Part shown: positions 7,670-16,765 of the stretch, piece after piece
Position numbering within the stretch: position 1 is the stretch's first letter
Layout of the letters: every line of letters starts with the position of its first letter
Assembly: GCA_024275415.1 (NCBI GenBank)
Contig: JAJRZD010000005.1
Coordinates: forward strand, 1 to 32,000
Direction of reading: 5' to 3'
DNA from: an archaeon
GTDB taxonomy: Archaea; Asgardarchaeota; Thorarchaeia; Thorarchaeales; Thorarchaeaceae
DNA: 32,000 bases
The notes under the pieces: generated by a model
The model's input: the letters and a program-made list of their open reading frames with translations, nothing else
The model's database searches: none
What the model was told of the DNA's origin: nothing
Position numbers and translations under genes: made by a program

Positions 7670-9673
7670 ATGCCATATCTGAGGTCAACCGAGGTTCCAA
7701 CGGAGTTCGAGTATGTTCGAAAGAGTGCCAGCATTCCATGGGAGCGACTTCTATCAGCCACCACTGAACTGGAAAAGGCTGGCAAACATCCATTCACAGC
7801 CTTCACTGATGCAGCCATCTCTCTCGCAAAGAACGAAAGAAAGAAGAAAAAGCCGACCCCTGACATCATCCAGTTGGGTCTGGAAGCCTGCATTGCGCGA
7901 GGTCTCTTTGAGATGGGCCTGGCACTCGCAGAAGGCTTCGATGACTTTCGCTCACTATGCCTGAAAGCGATAGCCTCGTTCACGATTACCGGTGCATCTA
8001 AAATTGAGGACATTCTTGAGAAACTGGAAGCATCAGCAACTGATACTCTATCGTTGCACGATCAAATCCGCATTCTTTCTGTGAGGATTCTACATGGCGT
8101 ATCCAAAAAGGATGAGAATGTCCTTGCAACTATCATTGAATTCGATGCCCTCCTTGATTCGCATCCGGATTTGATATCTCATCCACTACCTGAAACCGTG
8201 TTTACAATTTATGTGATTGGCATATTGCTCTCTGAGGTCGGGCAATACGAACATGCTCGAAAGGCAGCATCGGTTCTAGAGGACATCGGACGGAAGACGC
8301 GACGACAGACGGCATTAATCCTCTTTGAGAACCTCATGGGTCATATCGCGAACAGGACAGGCGAATTCAACGAGGCTGAAGCCCACTACAAGCGAGTTCT
8401 CAATTTGAGCCAAGAGATAGGTCACAAACTGGGTCTTGGAATTGCCCTGAATAATCTTGGATCCCTCATGCTTAACTCTATCCGCTTGGAAGAGGCTCTT
8501 GAATATCTCACGCAGGCAGAAACGATGTTCGAATCCGATGCTCACAAGGTCTATACTCTTGCGAACCTTGGTGAGATTACGGCGCTGCTTGGTCGACATG
8601 AGCAAAGCATGGAGTATATGCAGCAGGCATTAGCACTACAGGACAAGGTAGGCAAGAAAGTAATCGAGCTGCACACTTGGATGGTTATTCTCCATTCAAA
8701 GGTAGGAGAGTTCAAAGAGGCTCGGAAGCATCTGAGGATGGCAAAGAAGATTGTTGACACATCAGGCACTGCGAAAGACAAATCTGCCTATTTTCATGCG
8801 AAAGGCGTTCTTGCCTTTTCAGAAAACAATTATCCCGTCGCGATAAGATCCCTTTCGAAGGCACTCAAGGTCGCAAAAGAATCCAATCTTCTGGAATGGA
8901 TCATCAGACCTCTGCTAGATATTGTGAGAACCTACCTGTCGTCCTACAATGTTTCACACAAGGATGAGGATGTATCAAACGCCTTGTATCACCTTGAGAA
9001 CCTAATCCAGTTTGCAAAGGAGCAAAGGCTTGACTCCCTTCATGCAGAGGGCTTGCTCCTCAGAAGCGAACTCCACGCACACGCTGGCTCGATTGAGGAT
9101 GCATTGGCGGATCTAGACAAGGTCGAGGGCGTGGCTGTCCTCACAGAGAATGCTAGACTCTCATCAATAGTCCGTCGTAGGCGCGCAGAACTCTCGGGAC
9201 AAGATGGCCTTCAGAGATCACTGGTGTACTCTGAGATTGATGAGTCGCTCGACCGAGTGTCTGGCTTTCATCCGGTTCGAGATATAGAAGAAATTCCACA
9301 GCCCGAGCTCCATGCCCTCATCGCGCTGAACAGAGAGTCAGGGTTACCCGAGTTTGTCTATCACTTCGATACAAGCCTCAAGATAGATAGCTCTATACTG
9401 AGTGGATTCATCTCAGCCATCACCTCCTTTGCAGGAGAGATGATGGGCACCGGATTGATTCGCTCTATCAATCAAGAAGGATTCACACTCATGCTAGAGC
9501 ATACTGAAAAAAGGATCGTCCTCTTAGTCACTACTGTCGAAACATTTGACATCCGCTATCGACTCCATGAATTCGCCCATCAATTTGATGAAACCTTTCC
9601 ATTAAGTAATGATGCCATTGTGCCTCGCAAATACGCTGCGGCTGATGAGATGGTAGAATCAATTTTTTGTTGA
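7670..9673 (+). CDS. TPR-solenoid protein with C-terminal longin-like domain
   Basis: TPRs at about 8230-8900 (NLMGHIANRTGEFNEAEAHYKRVL, ALNNLGSL, TLANLGEI). From about 9305: LHALIALNRESGLPEF...ILSGFISAITSFAGEM...IRSINQEGFTLMLE...IRYRLHEFAHQFDETF, the beta-beta-alpha-beta3-alpha pattern of longin domains. ATG 7670 (TTG 7661 alternative). Confidence 0.8.
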   Translation: MPYLRSTEVPTEFEYVRKSASIPWERLLSATTELEKAGKHPFTAFTDAAISLAKNERKKKKPTPDIIQLGLEACIARGLFEMGLALAEGFDDFRSLCLKAIASFTITGASKIEDILEKLEASATDTLSLHDQIRILSVRILHGVSKKDENVLATIIEFDALLDSHPDLISHPLPETVFTIYVIGILLSEVGQYEHARKAASVLEDIGRKTRRQTALILFENLMGHIANRTGEFNEAEAHYKRVLNLSQEIGHKLGLGIALNNLGSLMLNSIRLEEALEYLTQAETMFESDAHKVYTLANLGEITALLGRHEQSMEYMQQALALQDKVGKKVIELHTWMVILHSKVGEFKEARKHLRMAKKIVDTSGTAKDKSAYFHAKGVLAFSENNYPVAIRSLSKALKVAKESNLLEWIIRPLLDIVRTYLSSYNVSHKDEDVSNALYHLENLIQFAKEQRLDSLHAEGLLLRSELHAHAGSIEDALADLDKVEGVAVLTENARLSSIVRRRRAELSGQDGLQRSLVYSEIDESLDRVSGFHPVRDIEEIPQPELHALIALNRESGLPEFVYHFDTSLKIDSSILSGFISAITSFAGEMMGTGLIRSINQEGFTLMLEHTEKRIVLLVTTVETFDIRYRLHEFAHQFDETFPLSNDAIVPRKYAAADEMVESIFC

Positions 9674-9760
9674 CAGTCAGGAATTATGGCAACACTGGTG
9701 GAATACGGCTAAGAATAAGACATCCAGTCGTCCTCAAGAGATAAGAATGGCTTCATCCCT

Positions 9761-10438
9761 ATGTCCCACATGGAACTCATCATCTATAGTGCAGGGTTTT
9801 GGGCTGTGGCATTCATCTATACAATGCTTGAGGCGAAAGGCAGAACCGGCACGCCCCCGACCACAGTCCTCAAGGCACTCCCAGCACTATTTTCGGCCGT
9901 CTTTGTCTTCATTGTGAGCCCTTCCAGTTCCCTTTTCTATGTACTAATGATCATCGCATTAATCCTCTGCGGCCTTGGGGACATCGGGATGGAACATAAC
10001 CTACTTGCGGGGCTCGGGATGTTCCTCTTGAGCCATATTGTATTTACTGCGAACTTCATCACGCATGGACTGCAATATGCTGACAATGTTTCGTTTGGTT
10101 TCTTTGCCATCGCTCTTGTCGTTTAGTTGATGTATATCCTATTCTACCATCGATACCTCTTGACCGCTGATGAAATAACCAAGATGATCCGCGCTGTCGA
10201 TATCTATGCGTTGACAATCTCATTGACATTGAGTTCCTCGTTGTTCCTGTGGATATCTACCGGAACAACCTTTGGCTTCATCCTCTTTCTGGGAGCAATC
10301 CTTTTCGTCCTGTCAGATTCTCTTATTGGTATCCGTGAGTTCCATCACCGCTTCCGTTTTGATGAGCTAGCCACCATGATCACATATTATTTGGCAATAT
10401 TCCTATTATCATCAGGAAGTGTCATGTACATCTTTTAG
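9761..10438 (+). pseudogene. YhhN/TMEM86 lysoplasmalogenase-family membrane protein interrupted by one in-frame TAG (10124-10126)
   Basis: The ORFs 9761..10126 and 10127..10438 are in the same frame. Joined they give 225 codons with LKALP, LCGLGDIGM, GMFLLSHI, GAILFVLSDSLI and TYYLA, the YhhN motif set. Confidence 0.75.
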
Positions 10439-10475
10439 GTTTACCATCTCCAAGTATGATGTTGTATTTCACGCC

Positions 10476-10970
10476 TCATAAACGAAGCTTCTTGAGCCAT
10501 CTCTTGAGGACGCTTTCTCTATCGAGCTGCATTGCTCCAGTCTGCACTAGGTTTTCCCTGCTTGTTATCCCAGCATCAAACAGGTCTCTACGATAGCTAG
10601 AGAAAAAGGATGGGTTGGGGGTATGGATGTCAATCTTCTGTATGTATCTCTTCATGAGGATGTCAAATGCAGTATCTACATGTTTGTGTGCGGTACGCTC
10701 ATCGACCCCCCGCGGATGTACCAATGCTAATATAATATCGGCATCTTCATCAATCTTGAAATTGATCTGAATGTCCTTGAAAAGGATGGAATCGAGACCT
10801 GAGCCAATATGGTTCTCTTTTGAGAACATATAGAGCGCAGAGAAAAAGCCAGCATGGAGTTCGTGTTGGTCGCGATGCCCCTGACAATAACTCGTTCCGG
10901 TGCATCCTGCAAATATGGGGATGCCAGATGTTTTCAATACATAGATGTCATATATCGTTTCAGAAGCCAT
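10476..10970 (-). CDS. Stand-alone longin-like protein with Cys/His insert
   Basis: IYDIYVLKTSGIPIF...LHAGFFSALYMFSKE...LDSILFKDIQINFK...IILALV. Same motif order as the other two longin-like domains. ATG 10970 (10985 alternative). Confidence 0.62.
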   Translation of the reverse strand: MASETIYDIYVLKTSGIPIFAGCTGTSYCQGHRDQHELHAGFFSALYMFSKENHIGSGLDSILFKDIQINFKIDEDADIILALVHPRGVDERTAHKHVDTAFDILMKRYIQKIDIHTPNPSFFSSYRRDLFDAGITSRENLVQTGAMQLDRESVLKRWLKKLRL

Positions 10971-11162
10971 ACCGTAGTCATGCATTTTTGTGACTATTAA
11001 TCTTGGCGTGTGTTGGAGTGTTCCTCCTAAGAGGATGCTGAACGCACAACAGTATTTACCATGCCTACTTTCATTGCTAATATTGGATTTCCTGAAAGCA
11101 AAGAAATGTTTGTCCTAGAACAACGGAGTAGTTTGCGCTTCACGCCGATGAAATCAGCAGTA

Positions 11163-11612
11163 TCATTTTGGCCCGTGTTGATGGAACTGCTCTTCTAATT
11201 CAGCAGCCTTTTTCTCGGCGGCTTTCGCCTCGTCCTCTTTGCCCATCAGCGCGAGGACTGTCCCCAAGAGTGCCCATGTTATGGCGTCGTCTTGATCGAT
11301 GGCAAGGGATTGTTTTAAGGAATCCGCAGCATCCGCATACCTCCCCAGACTGGTCAGGACATCCGCCCAGTACACATAGAGGTCCGGATCCTCCGCGTCC
11401 AGATTAACGAGTTCTGAAAAGATTCTGTCTGCCTCTTCATAATCGCCAATCTCATTGAGGGCGATTCCAAGATTCAACAATGCATTCACATTATCCGGGT
11501 CGATTTGGAGGGCCTCTCGTAACAGCTTTATTGCATCCTCTTGCTGGTCATTGAGAAGGTAGCTCATTGCAGTATCGACAAGATTCTCGGCATCATTGTG
11601 AGTGTCGTTCAT
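11163..11612 (-). CDS. Small TPR protein (about 3-4 repeats)
   Basis: EALQIDPDNVNALLNLGIALNEIGDYEEA, LDAEDPDLYVYWADVL, IDQDDAITWALLGTVL. Confidence 0.87.
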   Translation of the reverse strand: MNDTHNDAENLVDTAMSYLLNDQQEDAIKLLREALQIDPDNVNALLNLGIALNEIGDYEEADRIFSELVNLDAEDPDLYVYWADVLTSLGRYADAADSLKQSLAIDQDDAITWALLGTVLALMGKEDEAKAAEKKAAELEEQFHQHGPK

Positions 11613-11726
11613 GTTCTGCCACTATCGTATGCGAGCGGATAGGTTAGCTTATTGAACTTGTCTGAAACAACATGTTATGTTTCTCATGTACTAGGCATCT
11701 CGTCAGTGTTTTTGCTGGCCCCCATG

Positions 11727-13607
11727 TCAATTGCGTTTACGACCAAAACGTCTGCGTACTGCCCATCCAACTGTGATGGCTACGGTCACAATGGTACCAA
11801 TCGTTGTGGGGATCACCGTCAGCAATACCCCATCAAACACTTGGGGGTCATAGCCTGCACGATACTCGTAGAGATTCTCCATGGTGTCCCCATCAGGGTC
11901 GTCCATCGCATCATCCACCAGCGGGTCGAGCCCGTGGTTTACTTCCCAGCCATCAGGGATGAGGTCGGAGTCGGTGTCGCGGTTGAACAGGTCTGTACCG
12001 ACCAGATACTCCTGCAGGTTGGTCAATCCATCAAAATCAGGATCCTTGTTAGAGTCAGGATACAACGGATCGAGTCCTACTGCAATCTCGAAGGCATCAT
12101 CGATACCATCGTCGTCTGTATCGTTATCATTGTAGTCGGTTCCATAGATGTATATCTCCATATAATCTGAAAGAGTGTCATTGTCGCGGTCTGAGTTCAC
12201 TAGGTCAATGTCTGATTCACCATTGTCAGACCCTCCGTTTCCATCCCCGCTGAACGTGTTGTACCACCAGTTCAGACTATCTGGCTGTGAATCACCATCA
12301 ATGTCAGTATCGTAGTCAAGAATCACATTGAAATCGATTGCTGCCCCAGCTGTATTAGTGACATCGACTTTATACGTGCCATCTATCCCAACTTCCAATG
12401 ATGTGCTGGATGTCATGCCTCCTACGACACTTAGATCTTCGGACGCGACCATTTGCCCTAGGGGGTCGTAGATTGTCACTCTGAAAGTTCCTGATCTGTC
12501 CGAGGTCACGTTTACCCCAAGGGCTGTTGAGATACTCATCTCGACCAGCAATTCCACATAGTCGTTAGGAGCAATGTCATAGTACTCATACCTCTCATAG
12601 AACCTCTGCCCCTCTGTCCTACTTAGAGCAAAGGCAATGCTGGCACCGATGCTTGCTACTGCCTTTGTGGCATATTCGTAGTTGTATAAGGGGTTTGACC
12701 AGGTGTCTCTGGAGGTGTGATATGCTGTGTCTAAATCCCCTCCTGTTTCGTGAGCGAAGACCACGCTCTTGTAACCTGCTGTTTCGAACGAGGCATGGTC
12801 AGAGTAGTCCCACACTCTCAATTCATTAGAAGGAACTGGGTTCGTCACAATCTCGCCAAAGTTGTTTCCCATCACCTTGGTCAGCTCTGCCCAGTACTGT
12901 GCATCGTGAAATGTTGCACCATGCTCGTTCGCATAGGCAATGTTGATTTTTTTGCTGGTTGGCAATGTCGGTTCTACCATCAGGAGCATGTCCAAATTAT
13001 AGTAGATGAGAAGGTCGACCTCATCATCGTAGAACTGTCTAGCAATCTCACTCGAACCATGTAGTCCAGATTCTTCATCATTCCAAAAGCCAAAGTAAAT
13101 GTCCACCGGCCATGTATACTTGGATAGCACCCTCAGGAGTTCTAAGGTTCCAGCAACCCCTGACCCATCATCATTTGCCCCTGGCGAACCCTCAACACTA
13201 TCAAAGTGAGCTCCGATCATTACAGATGGCCCCGAGCTCCCAAGTTTGCTTGGCAGTTTGGCAATGATGTTGTCATAGTTCCCTGTGACCTGCCCTATCA
13301 CTTTTCCGTTCGTAAACTCGCTAATCCGTCCCAATATCCAAAATGACGCATTCTTGTTCGCCTGTGATCCATAGGGCCTGGGCCCCATGTCTGATAGGCT
13401 TGCGACAAGTGACCTGTAGGAATCTTGAGAAACTGCGTCATATACCTCTCTTGCCCTGTCGGTGGCGAAAGAAATGGCAGAAAGGTTGTTACCATTCGAA
13501 TAGTTGAGAGGCAGTGAAGGGATTTGTGGTATTGAAGTAGGGGTCACGAACATGAACACCAGTGATATGACCAGAAAGGCAATCAATGCGGGTTTCAAGC
13601 GAGCCAT
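11727..13607 (-). CDS. Membrane-anchored M28 Zn aminopeptidase with beta-sandwich and Ca-binding DxDxDG (TSP3-like) repeats
   Basis: N-terminal hydrophobic signal; M28 ligand motifs GAHFDS, GANDDGSG, DEESGLHGS, NLDML, SDHASF, AYHTSRDT; six DxDxD-x3-D/N-x2-(E) repeats; C-terminal TM then VRRRFGRKRN. ATG 13607 follows AGGTG. Confidence 0.88.
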   Translation of the reverse strand: MARLKPALIAFLVISLVFMFVTPTSIPQIPSLPLNYSNGNNLSAISFATDRAREVYDAVSQDSYRSLVASLSDMGPRPYGSQANKNASFWILGRISEFTNGKVIGQVTGNYDNIIAKLPSKLGSSGPSVMIGAHFDSVEGSPGANDDGSGVAGTLELLRVLSKYTWPVDIYFGFWNDEESGLHGSSEIARQFYDDEVDLLIYYNLDMLLMVEPTLPTSKKINIAYANEHGATFHDAQYWAELTKVMGNNFGEIVTNPVPSNELRVWDYSDHASFETAGYKSVVFAHETGGDLDTAYHTSRDTWSNPLYNYEYATKAVASIGASIAFALSRTEGQRFYERYEYYDIAPNDYVELLVEMSISTALGVNVTSDRSGTFRVTIYDPLGQMVASEDLSVVGGMTSSTSLEVGIDGTYKVDVTNTAGAAIDFNVILDYDTDIDGDSQPDSLNWWYNTFSGDGNGGSDNGESDIDLVNSDRDNDTLSDYMEIYIYGTDYNDNDTDDDGIDDAFEIAVGLDPLYPDSNKDPDFDGLTNLQEYLVGTDLFNRDTDSDLIPDGWEVNHGLDPLVDDAMDDPDGDTMENLYEYRAGYDPQVFDGVLLTVIPTTIGTIVTVAITVGWAVRRRFGRKRN

Positions 13608-13784
13608 ATGTAAAACACCTATGAACGATATTAGTGTTTTTTTGTCAACCACTGTAAAAAAGCAAATGAACCAAGCAAATGGGGGTCTGCTATTCCTGCC
13701 AGCATCATGCTATTAAGGTAGGAATTGCCTCCTTCACTGGCAACAAAAGCCATTACTAGGCCTTCCAGTCTGAGAGATGAGTCC

Positions 13785-15458
13785 ATGATGAAAATCGCCT
13801 TGGTCCAAGTCAACCCTACTGTCGGAGATATCCATGGCAACTATTTGAAAGTCATTGAAGGCATCCAGTCGAGCAAGAAGTCCGGAGCGAGTGTCATCGC
13901 TTTCCCAGAGATGGTCATCACTGGCTATCCACCACAAGATTTGTTATACGAACGTTCTTTTCTTCAATCGAACAAGGAGAAGATGTTAGGACTTGCGGAG
14001 TTCACAAAGGGGTATGTGGTTGTTGTCGGCTTTGTTGATTTCGATGATGAGGGCAATCTCTTCAATTCCGCTGCTGTCTTTGAGGATGGCAATCTCATTA
14101 AGATCGTCCACAAGACCCTCTTGCCGACCTATGATGTGTTTGACGAACAACGATATTTCGAGCCTGGCTCAGTCGATGATATCAAACCTGTCAAGGTGAA
14201 CATTGGGAATATCAGCCTCAACATTGGAGTCCAAATATGCGAGGACCTGTGGGATGATGACTATGCGACCAAAGTGACCGATATCTTGTGTTCACGAGGG
14301 GCTGATTTGGTCATCAACATTTCATCGTCACCTTTTCATACAGGAAAGCGGTTTGAACGTGAACGACTTGTTCTGGATAAGGCAAAGCGTAATGGTGTCC
14401 CTGTATTACTGGTCAACCTTGTAGGCGGTCAGGATGAGCTTGTATTTGATGGACAGAGTCTGGCAGCCGATTCAAAGGGTCGTCTTGTCGCCATGGGCCC
14501 TCAATTTGAAGAGTCCATTGTTACTGTCGAGATTGATGTTTCCACAGGTGAAGGAGTACCCATCTCGCCTCCGCCCTATGATAAAGAGAAGGAGATGTAC
14601 TATGCGCTTGTGCTTGGCATCCGTGACTACTTCCGAAAGACTGGATTCAAGAGAGCAGTTCTTGGATTGAGCGGGGGCATCGATTCCTCGCTGACGGCTT
14701 GTATCGCTGTAGATGCGCTCGGTCCTGATAATGTGATTGGTGTTTCGATGCCATCCAAATTCTCCAGCAATCACAGCAAGACTGACGCTGAGAAGCTTGC
14801 GAACAACTTGGGAATCAAGTACATACAGGTTCCCATTCAGGACATTGTGAACTCGTACCATGCGACCCTCTCTGAACCCCTAGCGGAGCTACGCGGGCAT
14901 TTTGGGATTGATGCGTCTCATGATGATCCTGTGGCTGATGAGAATATACAACCGCGTGTCAGGGGGAACATCTTGATGGATTTCTCGAATAGACTGAAAG
15001 ACCTGCGGATCCTTGTCCTGAACACCGGGAATAAGACCGAGCTTGCTCTTGGCTATTGCACGCTCTATGGGGACATGACTGGTGGGATGGGAGTCATTGG
15101 GGATGTCAGTAAGCTGGAGGTCTACAAGCTTTCTTACTATGTGAACAAGAAGGCCGGTCGTGAGATCATCCCACATGGCTCTCTCACCAAGAAGCCTTCC
15201 GCAGAACTCAAGGATGACCAATACGACCCCTTCGACTTCGACATTGTGAGTCCGATGATTGACGAGATTGTCGAACACAGAAGAGGAAAACAGGAACTGG
15301 TCGAGATGGGTTATCCAGCTGATGTGGTCGAAGATGTCTACCGTAGGGTACGGCTAGCAGAATATAAACGATGGCAAGCCCCACCATGCATTCGGATAAC
15401 AAGGAAGTCGTTTGGCATTGGATGGAAGATGCCTATCGTGAACCATTTTCGTGGATGA
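13785..15458 (+). CDS. nadE: Glutamine-dependent NAD+ synthetase
   Basis: Nitrilase-type glutaminase triad (FPEM, HKTLLP, ICEDLW) fused to a synthetase domain with LSGGIDSS, ENIQPRVRG, TGNKTE, GYCTLYGD, KPSAEL, AEYKRWQAPP. ATG 13785 or 13788. Confidence 0.95.
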   Translation: MMKIALVQVNPTVGDIHGNYLKVIEGIQSSKKSGASVIAFPEMVITGYPPQDLLYERSFLQSNKEKMLGLAEFTKGYVVVVGFVDFDDEGNLFNSAAVFEDGNLIKIVHKTLLPTYDVFDEQRYFEPGSVDDIKPVKVNIGNISLNIGVQICEDLWDDDYATKVTDILCSRGADLVINISSSPFHTGKRFERERLVLDKAKRNGVPVLLVNLVGGQDELVFDGQSLAADSKGRLVAMGPQFEESIVTVEIDVSTGEGVPISPPPYDKEKEMYYALVLGIRDYFRKTGFKRAVLGLSGGIDSSLTACIAVDALGPDNVIGVSMPSKFSSNHSKTDAEKLANNLGIKYIQVPIQDIVNSYHATLSEPLAELRGHFGIDASHDDPVADENIQPRVRGNILMDFSNRLKDLRILVLNTGNKTELALGYCTLYGDMTGGMGVIGDVSKLEVYKLSYYVNKKAGREIIPHGSLTKKPSAELKDDQYDPFDFDIVSPMIDEIVEHRRGKQELVEMGYPADVVEDVYRRVRLAEYKRWQAPPCIRITRKSFGIGWKMPIVNHFRG

Positions 15459-15992
15459 TGATGCATTTTCTTGCATAGAAACGTCACAAATGCACATGGA
15501 CGAAATTCACGCATCTAGTAATTAAGGATATATTGCGACCGAGTACGTATACACGCAACGAATCGCTACGACAACTCTCTCGATCACATAGTCATGTTAT
15601 CTATGGAATTTATTAAAGATTATCTATTTCCTGTGGTTCCTCAAAATCATCAGTTTTTTGACATTCGACCTCTATGTATCTAATGATGCGTATCTCACTT
15701 AGTTCTACCTTTGTCAGCTCTCGTTGGAATGACAGAAGTAGGTCGGTAGCCAGTACCAGACAGACGTAACTGGTAGGAGGGGGGAGTTATGAGGGCATGT
15801 TACAAAATAAGTTTCACCCGTCTGGCCGCCTAGCTACCTATACTATAGTGCACTAATTTTCCTTAATAATCTTCTCACATACGAAATGATTCCTTCCGTG
15901 TGCTGTGTCTGTTTCAGCAGGTATTTTACCATCCTGAAACATCCCATTTACAAGCGTAAAGTGAAGTTCTTGAATAAACAGGTTGTGTTGTT

Positions 15993-16439
15993 ATGACATC
16001 TGAAGAGCATACATACGAGATGGAAAGCAAATGGGTGCGAGAGAAGATTGTGACAATTGATGTGAAAGGCAAACCACCACTTGAAATAGCCACTCCGCTT
16101 GACTTTTGGTCAGAGAGCCCTCCTGATCTGTATTCGCCTGAAGACCTCTTTCTGGCGGCAGCCGTGTCCTGCTATGGGGTGAGCCTACACGGAGTTGCGC
16201 AACGGTTTCACGTGGAATTCTCAGATTTCTATGTCCGGGCCTCCGCTAATCTCTTCAAGGGCGAGTTCGGATGGGAGTTCGAGCAGATATCGCTAGATGT
16301 CGAGATATTCGTATCCGACCCAGCTGTCATCAAGAAGATGGAGAAGGTCGCAGAAAAGGCCCATCGATATTGTGTAGTGGCAAACTCGATGAAGTGCCCG
16401 GTGCATCTCAAGTACCGAATCACTGTGAAGGACGACTGA
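15993..16439 (+). CDS. OsmC/Ohr family protein
   Basis: SPEDLFLAAAVSC (first Cys) and AHRYCVVANSMK (second Cys); 148 aa. Confidence 0.88.
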   Translation: MTSEEHTYEMESKWVREKIVTIDVKGKPPLEIATPLDFWSESPPDLYSPEDLFLAAAVSCYGVSLHGVAQRFHVEFSDFYVRASANLFKGEFGWEFEQISLDVEIFVSDPAVIKKMEKVAEKAHRYCVVANSMKCPVHLKYRITVKDD

Positions 16440-16501
16440 TTCCTGCCAGCACTACATAACTATGTTTAAGTCATGATAATACAAATACCTCTGATGTTAT
16501 C

Positions 16502-16762
16502 ATGGTTGCTGAGCATTCATACAATGTTCATACTGAAACAGTAGGGACACGGATTGTGTCTATGACGCTCTAAGGGGAGATGGAAGAGCTTGATGGAATC
16601 TGGCGTTTCTCCAAGATCACACTGAAAATGACTGTCGTGATCGAGAATGACGAGAACCGAGAGAAAGTCGCAAAAGATATCGAGATGGCGCACAGCTTCT
16701 GCCCTGTTCGAAACTCGCTTTCGATACTATCCATACTTGAATATGAGATAGTTACCCAGTAA
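16502..16762 (+). pseudogene. Second OsmC paralog with a premature TAA (16571-16573) and an internal in-frame deletion
   Basis: MVAEHSYNVHTETVGTRIVSMTL*G aligns with MTSEEHTYEMESKWVREKIVTIDVKG of the upstream gene. It then jumps, in frame, to EMEELDGIWRF...AHSFCPVRNSL, the C-terminal third. About 59 codons including SPEDL and the first Cys are missing. Confidence 0.75.
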
Positions 16763-16765
16763 GTC

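Noticed and set aside
11652-12170. 172-aa plus-strand ORF, and similar long ORFs at 334..723, 21859..22263, 22136..22567, 24726..25181 and 27618..28058
   Set aside because: Antisense shadows of well-supported genes with no recognisable motifs.
15459-15992. RNase P RNA, SRP RNA, tRNA or a known riboswitch in the long gap
   Set aside because: No GAGGAAAGUCC, SRP helix-8 motif, TTCGA(A/G)TC T-loop with cloverleaf, or TPP/fluoride consensus seen; pairing potential is weak.
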